A DNA stretch of 64,000 bases, taken from a virus. Location of the stretch: positions 1-64,000 of IMG/VR virus record IMGVR_UViG_3300005613_000044. One strand, 5' to 3'. This document shows, one piece after another, positions 56,878 through 64,000 of this stretch; the stretch's first letter is position 1; each line of letters opens with the position of its first letter. Under the pieces are notes generated by a model that saw nothing but the letters and a program-made list of their open reading frames with translations, was not told where the DNA came from and made no database searches. A program made the translations under genes and the position numbers.

Positions 56878-56970
56878 AGTTTCTTGTTTCAATAAAACAA
56901 GTGGTGCGGATGGAGATAACACTCCCGCTCAGTTTCTTACTTCTGGTCAAAGAGTAAGTGGCGTGCATGA
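56878..56970 (+). ncRNA. wcaG RNA motif-like element
   Basis: Two AGUUUCUU-stem-AAG-UGGYG units upstream of an NAD-dependent epimerase gene. Confidence 0.7.
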
Positions 56971-56987
56971 AAAAACCTAAGTTTATG

Positions 56988-57017
56988 AAGAGGGGTTGTC
57001 ATAACCCCTCTTTTTTT
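56988..57017 (+). terminator. Intrinsic terminator
   Basis: aagaggggtt-gtcat-aacccctctt followed by a T run. Confidence 0.85.
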
Positions 57018-57024
57018 GTATAAT
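56996..57024 (+). promoter_or_regulatory. Sigma70 promoter of the glycan operon, overlapping the terminator
   Basis: TTGTCA-N17-TATAAT. Confidence 0.65.
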
Positions 57025-57050
57025 ACATATTGTGTGAGATTTAAAATTTA

Positions 57051-58109
57051 ATGTCTGATTATAAAAAGACAGCACTTGTACTTGGTGCTGGTGGTTTTAT
57101 TGGAAGTCACATGGTGAAGAGACTTCGATCTGAAGGATATTGGGTGAGGGGTGTTGATCTTAAGCGTCCTGAGTTTTCTGAAACTGAAGCAAACGAATTC
57201 ATTCAGGGTGATCTACGTGACGTAGATTTCGTGTCTCGTTGTCTTGAATATAAAGGTGAAAGAGGAAATTTCTATAATTCAGTTCCTTATCTTTATATTC
57301 AACCATTTAATGAAATTTATCAGTTTGCTGCTGATATGGGTGGTGCTGGATTTGTATTCACTGGTGAAAATGATGCAGATATTATGCACAACTCTGTTTC
57401 TATCAACCTCAATGTTCTTGAACAACAACGTATTTTTAATGATAGATATGGAGTGAATAGAACTAAGATCTTCTATTCTGGTTCTGCGTGTATGTATCCA
57501 GAACATAATCAACTCGATCCTGATAATCCAGACTGTCGTGAAGGATCAGCATACCCTGCAAATCCAGATTCTGAATATGGATGGGAAAAACTCTTCAGTG
57601 AGAGACTCTATCTTGCATACAATCGCAATCATGGTATCCCTGTTCGTATTGCTAGGTATCACAACATTTTTGGGCCTGAGGGAACTTGGGAAGGGGGAAG
57701 AGAGAAAGCACCTGCAGCAATTTGCAGAAAGATAGCTTCTGTTCCTGATGTTGGTGGTGCAATTGAGGTTTGGGGAGATGGTGAACAGACTAGATCGTTC
57801 CTTTATATTGACGAATGTATTGAAGCTACTAGAAGATTGATGGATTCCGACTTCATGGGACCTGTGAATATTGGTTCTGAGGAAATGGTATCTATTAATG
57901 AATTAGTTCGTGTTATCTCTAAGGTTTCTGGTAAAATAATTCAGAGAAGGCATAGACTTGATGCACCTCTTGGTGTTCGTGGACGTAATTCCAATAATGA
58001 CTTAATTCGTGAGAAACTTAACTGGGATTATGAGATGACACTTGAAGAAGGAATTGCTAAAACTTATGAATGGATTAATGAACAGTTAAGAATTAAAATG
58101 AAACTATGA
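57051..58109 (+). CDS. NAD-dependent sugar epimerase, GDP-mannose 3,5-epimerase-like
   Basis: GAGGFIG, AADMGGAGF, SGSACMYP, YGWEK, GGREKAPAAICRK, GVRGRNSNN. Confidence 0.88.
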   Translation: MSDYKKTALVLGAGGFIGSHMVKRLRSEGYWVRGVDLKRPEFSETEANEFIQGDLRDVDFVSRCLEYKGERGNFYNSVPYLYIQPFNEIYQFAADMGGAGFVFTGENDADIMHNSVSINLNVLEQQRIFNDRYGVNRTKIFYSGSACMYPEHNQLDPDNPDCREGSAYPANPDSEYGWEKLFSERLYLAYNRNHGIPVRIARYHNIFGPEGTWEGGREKAPAAICRKIASVPDVGGAIEVWGDGEQTRSFLYIDECIEATRRLMDSDFMGPVNIGSEEMVSINELVRVISKVSGKIIQRRHRLDAPLGVRGRNSNNDLIREKLNWDYEMTLEEGIAKTYEWINEQLRIKMKL

Positions 58110-58903
58110 CTATAGGATTTAATTACTTAGGAAAATTGGGACAACTGGGAAACCAGATGTTCCAATATGCTTCTACAAAAGGTATTGCATCATATCATGG
58201 AGTTCCTTTTATGATTCCTAATCATGATGAAGTTTTGGTTGATGTTTTAGGAAATAAACTTCATATTGAGTTGTTTAATTGTTTTAAAATCGAACTTCTT
58301 AATGAAGGTTTTATAAATGGAGAGGAACTTCGTGAGGAGGGATTTGAAGTAAACCGTAAATTTTTTAGTTTTGATAAAAGATTTGACTATAATCTGGTTG
58401 GATTTTTTCAATCGGAGAAATATTTCAAATATATTAAGGATGAAATTAGAAAAGATTTTACATTTAAGGATGATATTGTTGTAGAGTGTTTGGATATTAT
58501 AGATTCTCATTATGATAATCCTATCGCCTTACATGTTCGAAGAGGAGATTTTTTAAAGAACTCTGGTAATCATCACAATCTTTCAATCGACTATTATAAA
58601 GAGGCTTTAAGTAAGTTTGATTCGAATCGACAAGTCATAGTGTTTACAGATGATCCTCGATGGGCTATGGAAGAACCATTATTTGATGATAGGTTTATTG
58701 TTTCTACTGGAAATAGTTCTTATCATGATCTATATTTGATGTCTCAATGTAATGATTTTATTATTGCAAATTCTACTTTTTCTTGGTGGGGTGCTTGGTT
58801 GGCAAATAAAGGTAAAGTGATTGCACCATCTAAATGGTTTGGTCCTAACAATTCACACCTGAATACTAAAGATTTATATCCCGATGAGTGGGAAGTTATA
58901 TGA
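58106..58903 (+). CDS. GT11 alpha-1,2-fucosyltransferase-like protein
   Basis: GQLGNQMFQYA, FQSEKYF, HVRRGD, ANSTFSWWGAWL. Confidence 0.9.
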   Translation: MTIGFNYLGKLGQLGNQMFQYASTKGIASYHGVPFMIPNHDEVLVDVLGNKLHIELFNCFKIELLNEGFINGEELREEGFEVNRKFFSFDKRFDYNLVGFFQSEKYFKYIKDEIRKDFTFKDDIVVECLDIIDSHYDNPIALHVRRGDFLKNSGNHHNLSIDYYKEALSKFDSNRQVIVFTDDPRWAMEEPLFDDRFIVSTGNSSYHDLYLMSQCNDFIIANSTFSWWGAWLANKGKVIAPSKWFGPNNSHLNTKDLYPDEWEVI

Positions 58904-59601
58904 AAATTTCTATTGCAATTCCAACATGGGAATCTTATGGAAAAGGTTCTGAATTTCTTGATGATCTTTTGAGAACTATTGAAATACAGACATTCAAAGA
59001 TTTTGAAGTTTGTATCTCTGATCACAGTAAAGATAATGAAGTTCTCAATAAGATCAAAGAATTTGAGAATAAATTTGATATTGTCTATTCGAGAAACGAA
59101 GAGAACAGAGGAAATGGACCATCTAATACAAATAAATCAATAGAGATGTGTTCTGGTGATATTATTAAAGTAATGTTCCAAGATGATTTTTTCTATGATG
59201 ATGAGTCACTAGAAAAGATTCATAATGAATTTGAAAATAGTGATAAAATGTGGTTGGTGAATGGATGTAACCATACTCAAGATGATGGCCATTCTTTTTA
59301 CTGGGAAATGTACCCTACTTGGAACAATAAGTTACTTGAGGGTGTAAATACGATCAGCTCTCCATCTGTTCTATCTTTCAGAAAAGAAGTTGAGAATAGA
59401 TTTGATGAAACTCTTGTCTACTTTATGGACTGTGAATTTTATTATGGAATGAATGATAATTATGGTCAACCAATCTTTTTAAATGATATATTGATATCGA
59501 ATAGAGTTGGAGATCATCAGATTTCTTCTCAAGTTAATAAACGTAGAGAAGAATATGTTTCTAGAGAAACTGAATATTGTATAAAAAAATATAAATTATG
59601 A
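58900..59601 (+). CDS. GT2-family glycosyltransferase
   Basis: ISIAIPT, ISDHS, MFQDD. Confidence 0.8.
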   Translation: MKISIAIPTWESYGKGSEFLDDLLRTIEIQTFKDFEVCISDHSKDNEVLNKIKEFENKFDIVYSRNEENRGNGPSNTNKSIEMCSGDIIKVMFQDDFFYDDESLEKIHNEFENSDKMWLVNGCNHTQDDGHSFYWEMYPTWNNKLLEGVNTISSPSVLSFRKEVENRFDETLVYFMDCEFYYGMNDNYGQPIFLNDILISNRVGDHQISSQVNKRREEYVSRETEYCIKKYKL

Positions 59602-60272
59602 GAATCGCTGTAGTAACATCTTCTATTGGATCTAATGAATTAATCACCCCATTTTCTTTTGAGGGAGTTGACTATCATGCATTTGTGGATGATACAAGTA
59701 AACCAAATGGGTGGAATGTACATTCTGTAATTCCATTTTCAAGTGATCTAAGATATAAAAATCGTAGGAACGCTAAGGTTTATAAAATTCTTCCTTTTGC
59801 ATTCCTCCCCGAGTATGATTATTTCTTCTGGGTAGATTCTACTCACCGATTAGAAACTGATCCCTATGAAGTGGTGAATAAATATTTGAAAGAAACTGAT
59901 GTTGCAGTATTCAAACACCCCAGTCAGAACTGTGTATATGATGAAGGGAAAGAAGTCATAAGAATCAATTTCGATCATCAAAACTTGGTAGAAGATCAGC
60001 TTTCATTCTATCAGGATATGAAGTACCCGAGAAAGAATGGTTTATATGAATTACCAGTTAGAATACAGAGAAACACTCCATTGACCCAGAGAATGGGATG
60101 GATGTGGTGGGAACAGATATGTATGTTCTCCTCTAGAGATCAAATTAGTTTTCCTTTTGTTTGCCATCAACTTGGAATTAAACCATCAATTCTTCCAGGA
60201 AGAGCAAACACAATCAGAGGTAATGATATTATGCCTCAAATCGTTTATTCAAATCATAGTCGTACAACATGA
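59598..60272 (+). CDS. DUF616-type GT-A glycosyltransferase-like protein
   Basis: KILP..FLPEYDY..WVD, HP...CVYDE, RDQISF. Confidence 0.75.
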   Translation: MRIAVVTSSIGSNELITPFSFEGVDYHAFVDDTSKPNGWNVHSVIPFSSDLRYKNRRNAKVYKILPFAFLPEYDYFFWVDSTHRLETDPYEVVNKYLKETDVAVFKHPSQNCVYDEGKEVIRINFDHQNLVEDQLSFYQDMKYPRKNGLYELPVRIQRNTPLTQRMGWMWWEQICMFSSRDQISFPFVCHQLGIKPSILPGRANTIRGNDIMPQIVYSNHSRTT

Positions 60273-60847
60273 ACATTTTAGAACAGATTGCAGCAAAAGC
60301 AGAAAGAGGTGACACAGGAATGTCTCTTCACTATGGATTTCTGTATTCATGTGTGAGAGGTTTGGAGTCTAAACAAGTCTTTGAATTTGGATCAGGATTT
60401 TCGACTCATGTAATTCTCCATGCATTAGAAGAGACTGGTGGTGTATTGACAAGTTGTGATATCACTAATTATAGTGACAATCCAAATGTGACTGAGTATA
60501 CAAAATCCAGTAATCGATGGAACTTTTATCATGGAAACAGTACGGAGATCTTTGATGATATTGAGTTTGAACAGTATGATTTAATTCTTCATGACGGTTC
60601 TCATATTGGAGAAGAAGTTTTAGTTGACTTGAATAACATCTATCCTTATCTGAAACATGATGGAATTCTCATCACTCACGATACAAGACATCATTCTCTT
60701 GGAGAAGGTATGTCTAAAGCAGTAGAAGAATTTGCTAAAGATAAGGATATTGAGATGTGTACTCTTCCCTATGGTTATGGTCTTACATTCTTTAGAAATA
60801 AGGGAAACCTTGACAATAAAGTCAACTTGACCTGGAAAAAACGATGA
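60269..60847 (+). CDS. Class I SAM-dependent methyltransferase
   Basis: FEFGSGFST, LHDGSH, L...GILITHD. Confidence 0.85.
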   Translation: MNILEQIAAKAERGDTGMSLHYGFLYSCVRGLESKQVFEFGSGFSTHVILHALEETGGVLTSCDITNYSDNPNVTEYTKSSNRWNFYHGNSTEIFDDIEFEQYDLILHDGSHIGEEVLVDLNNIYPYLKHDGILITHDTRHHSLGEGMSKAVEEFAKDKDIEMCTLPYGYGLTFFRNKGNLDNKVNLTWKKR

Positions 60848-61770
60848 AGGTATTATTTTGTGAACATCCCAATAAACCATTAAGAGGTGGATATTGTTCT
60901 TACTATAGTGAAATCTTTCACGCACTGAAAAGTGAGTTTGATATTGAATTCAAAAACTTTATTCCAAGAAAGACTAGTGAGTTTGATGGATATGATGCCG
61001 TGTTTCTTGGATTTGGACATACTGATTGTGGGGAAGGTAAACCACAAACTCTTATCAGAGATAGTGATATTAAGTTATTTCCAATTCTCAATAAAGAATA
61101 TACAGGATTGAAGAATAAACTTGATTGGATTAAAGAGATGAGAGCAACTGCTACTTTGAGTGTCCATCATGATGTTGATAAATTCATGTCTCAGACTTCT
61201 ATTCCATTTCATAGAATTATGTGGTCTGCTAATGAAAAACAGTTCAGAGACTATGGTGGAGATTACAAACATGATCTATTCTTTTCCGGTGTAACTAGAC
61301 CTGAACAGTCAGAGAATCTTAGAGAAAGAGTTTTATCTGAATTGGATAGACTCAATGGTGAACTTGGAAACTTTATCAATGCAAGGTCACATAAAAACAA
61401 TTATGTTGGCACTATGTTTACTGATGATGAGTATGCTCGTCACCTTTCCAACTCAAAACTATGTCTTGTAACTACTGGACCTGCTGATCTTGTTGGTACA
61501 AGATTTTTTGAGATCTTTGCTGGTAATAGAAGTCTTGTGATCTGCAATAGAATGAATGAAAAAATCTATGGTGATATAATCATTGATGAAGTAAACTGTG
61601 TCATGTTCTCTACTGTAGATGAATTTTATGAGAAGGCACAATACTACCTCGACAATGAAGATGAGAGAATCAAGATCATCAATCGAGCTTATGAATATTT
61701 CAAAGAAAAACAGACCTGGAATGTAAGATCAAAAGAAATCAAAGAAATTATTGAAGGGTATCTAAAATGA
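60844..61770 (+). CDS. GT-B glycosyltransferase (CgeB-like)
   Basis: DLFFSG, YARHL..SKLCL, RFFEI, YYL.NEDER..I. Confidence 0.75.
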   Translation: MKVLFCEHPNKPLRGGYCSYYSEIFHALKSEFDIEFKNFIPRKTSEFDGYDAVFLGFGHTDCGEGKPQTLIRDSDIKLFPILNKEYTGLKNKLDWIKEMRATATLSVHHDVDKFMSQTSIPFHRIMWSANEKQFRDYGGDYKHDLFFSGVTRPEQSENLRERVLSELDRLNGELGNFINARSHKNNYVGTMFTDDEYARHLSNSKLCLVTTGPADLVGTRFFEIFAGNRSLVICNRMNEKIYGDIIIDEVNCVMFSTVDEFYEKAQYYLDNEDERIKIINRAYEYFKEKQTWNVRSKEIKEIIEGYLK

Positions 61771-62621
61771 AAAGGGGATGTATATTTTTAATTTCTGCTC
61801 GTAAAAACTTACTGAAAGAATGTCTTGAATCTCTTGATAAAAATTATAACTCAAGATATAATTACCCAATTCTTATCTTCTATCATGGTGATAGATATGA
61901 TGATGAACAATACCGAAACACTATAAGGGAAATTAATCCTGATACGGAGTATCGGTTCCATAGTATAGAAGGGAAGATTCCTGAACACCTTGAAGACAAG
62001 GATTTGTTCTGGAACTATCCAAATAACTATGCAAGATCATTTAGTAGACAGAGAGTTGGTTATCTTCATGCCAATTACTTCTGGAATAACTTCATGAATT
62101 ACAAAGAGTTGGATGAATTTGACTATCTTCACAGAATTGATGATGACTCTTGGTTTAAGGAAGAAATACCTTTTAACTTCTTTGATGAGTTAGATAAGAA
62201 TGATTGTTATTTTGGTACAGGTCTAACCTGGAATCACTTCCATCCCAATCATCTTGACACAAGATCCAACCTATTTGACTGGATTAAATATTATGTCAAC
62301 AAATACAATGTCGATGTTAAAAATGAACAACTTCGACAAAGTTTAGATGGAAAAGTAGATAATGAAATGTTCCATACACTGAGATGGAACTGTGGAAACT
62401 GTAACATCTATAATAGAAAGATGTTTGAAACTCAGGAGTGGAGACAATATCTTCAAGAGTTTAATGATTTGGCAGGTGGATATAGATATCGATGGGGTGA
62501 CATTGAAGTCATCGGATTGTTTGCTTATATTCATCTCGATAATCCAATCTTAGATTTCAAACTAAAAGAAAAAGGAATTTATCAAGGTAAAATTCCTCAC
62601 GCACAAATGGTATTTTCGTAA
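61767..62621 (+). CDS. GT15 (Kre2/Mnt1-like) glycosyltransferase
   Basis: YPILIF, GYLHANYFW, DYLHRIDDDS, YRYRWGD resemble GT15 motifs. Confidence 0.65.
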   Translation: MKRGCIFLISARKNLLKECLESLDKNYNSRYNYPILIFYHGDRYDDEQYRNTIREINPDTEYRFHSIEGKIPEHLEDKDLFWNYPNNYARSFSRQRVGYLHANYFWNNFMNYKELDEFDYLHRIDDDSWFKEEIPFNFFDELDKNDCYFGTGLTWNHFHPNHLDTRSNLFDWIKYYVNKYNVDVKNEQLRQSLDGKVDNEMFHTLRWNCGNCNIYNRKMFETQEWRQYLQEFNDLAGGYRYRWGDIEVIGLFAYIHLDNPILDFKLKEKGIYQGKIPHAQMVFS

Positions 62622-62622
62622 A

Positions 62623-63282
62623 ATGAATGATTTAAAGAAAATCTTTGACAAGTATGGTACAGATAAATCAACCTTTCATGAGTATTATGGACCATATGAT
62701 GAAAACTTCTCATATAGAAGGGAACACAAAATCAATCTTTTAGAAATTGGAGTAAGAGATTGTAAAAGTTTACGATCTTGGAAAGAATATTTTTCAAAGG
62801 GTAAGATTTATGGAATGGACATCGATCCATCATGTAAAAGTTATGAATCTGAAGGATTTAAGATAGTCATCGGTGATCAAGGAAATGAAAATGACTTGAA
62901 AAAATTTGGTGATACGAAATTTGATATCATCATCGATGATGGAAGTCACTTTACCGAACACATGGTAAGTACTTTTAGATATATGTTCGAACACCATCTC
63001 AAATCTGGTGGTGTTTATGTGATTGAAGATCTTGGATGTTCTTACATTAGAGATTTTCATTCTACAACAAAGACTATGAGTAATTCAAAAGGTCAAAGTC
63101 TAAACAAGGATGGCATGATTAATGAACGTCATCATATTACAGATCTTTTTGAAAGTATTCATCAAAATATGGACATCCATGATTGGAACAGTCGTTATGG
63201 ATATAACAAAGATGGTCCAAAAAAACTTCTTTATGATAGGATGGTCAGCTACAGAAGAATGGTTTTTATTTACAAGTCATGA
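62623..63282 (+). CDS. SAM-dependent sugar O-methyltransferase-like protein
   Basis: TDKS..H.Y, LLEIGV, GDQ, IIIDDGSH, GGVYVIEDL. Confidence 0.85.
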   Translation: MNDLKKIFDKYGTDKSTFHEYYGPYDENFSYRREHKINLLEIGVRDCKSLRSWKEYFSKGKIYGMDIDPSCKSYESEGFKIVIGDQGNENDLKKFGDTKFDIIIDDGSHFTEHMVSTFRYMFEHHLKSGGVYVIEDLGCSYIRDFHSTTKTMSNSKGQSLNKDGMINERHHITDLFESIHQNMDIHDWNSRYGYNKDGPKKLLYDRMVSYRRMVFIYKS

Positions 63283-63977
63283 ACGCATACATTACTTACA
63301 GTTGTAGTGATTCTTACATTCCTGGAATCGTTGCACTTTATAAATCTCTAAGACATTCTGGTAATACAAAAGATCTTATTGTTATGGTGACAGATGATGT
63401 CACTGATAAAGGAAAAGAACTTTTAAAAGACTTTGATATTAAGTTCTTTGATGTAGATAAGATTCACTACAAGGGCGGTGGTAAAGTATTAAGTCGATAT
63501 AAAGACAATGCTTGGAAGATGTTTACTAAGTTAAACATCTGGAAACAAACTGATTATGAAAAACTTGTCTATCTTGATGCAGATACACTGATTCTCAAAA
63601 ATATCGATGATTTATTTGAGTATGATGAGTTATCTGCAGTGCATGGTGGATCACAAATGTTAGGATACAGTGGTATCGAAGGTGGAATCTTAGTTATTAA
63701 ACCCAGTGAAGAAACATTTGATAAGCTTATCGAATCACTAGATAGTGATGAGTATGACATTAGAATGTCTGATCAATCATTCCTAAATGATTACTTCACA
63801 AGACACGGAAAGATAACTCATCTTCCAGAAACTTATAATAGAAGGTGGAAAAAGAGAAAGGACTTTGACACCTGTCACATTTATCATTTCAATGCAGATA
63901 AACCTTGGATATGTCCCGAACGTATTGATCAGAATTCTCTTTCACTTTGGAATTATTACTTTAATTTAGAATTATGA
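63279..63977 (+). CDS. GT8 glycosyltransferase (glycogenin/galactinol-synthase-like)
   Basis: FTKLNIW, VYLDAD, DQSFLN, HF..DKPW. Confidence 0.88.
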   Translation: MNAYITYSCSDSYIPGIVALYKSLRHSGNTKDLIVMVTDDVTDKGKELLKDFDIKFFDVDKIHYKGGGKVLSRYKDNAWKMFTKLNIWKQTDYEKLVYLDADTLILKNIDDLFEYDELSAVHGGSQMLGYSGIEGGILVIKPSEETFDKLIESLDSDEYDIRMSDQSFLNDYFTRHGKITHLPETYNRRWKKRKDFDTCHIYHFNADKPWICPERIDQNSLSLWNYYFNLEL

Positions 63978-64000
63978 AAACTTCTCTTGTAACTGGTGGT
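63974..64000 (+). CDS. Start of another NAD-dependent epimerase/dehydratase (truncated by the window edge)
   Basis: MKTSLVTGG Rossmann-fold start, ATGA overlap with the previous gene. Confidence 0.6.

Noticed and set aside
56768-56970. Mini CRISPR array
   Set aside because: Units are degenerate and structured throughout, with no identical repeats separated by unique spacers and no cas genes
2363-63760. Minus-strand and nested short ORFs in the supplied track
   Set aside because: They shadow well-supported + strand genes or tRNAs and show no recognisable motifs; consistent with codon-bias artefacts

Overview
This window is a 64-kb segment of a low-GC T4-like cyanomyovirus (Kyanoviridae-type; likely a Synechococcus-type host), coded almost entirely on the + strand. 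Gene order: end of a tail-fibre module; putative internal-head proteins; HNH endonuclease plus terminase gp17; the gp18-gp23 tail/head block; gp3, uvsY, uvsW, gp55, a second HNH, gp47/46; a VWA-peptidase/CobS pair; gp45, speD, gp44/62, regA, hsp20; a DNA polymerase split into two ORFs (gp43A/gp43B); uvsX, a 2OG-Fe(II) oxygenase, gp41, mazG; more putative internal proteins and a cytidylyltransferase; primase, nrdAB, a GIY-YIG nuclease and a lysozyme; eight tRNAs interleaved with talC and structured RNAs; and the start of a sugar-epimerase/glycosyltransferase/methyltransferase operon. Most notable leads: (1) an xG(I/V)x(S/T) motif enriched in virion proteins, in the same genome as the glycan operon (possible phage virion glycosylation system); (2) a four-unit structured RNA array (wcaG-like plus two extra units) that is closed by a terminator and appears independent of the downstream operon; (3) the split polymerase; (4) putative protease-cleaved polyproteins; (5) four Sm-like paralogues. 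All calls come from reading motifs by eye; no database searches were run.
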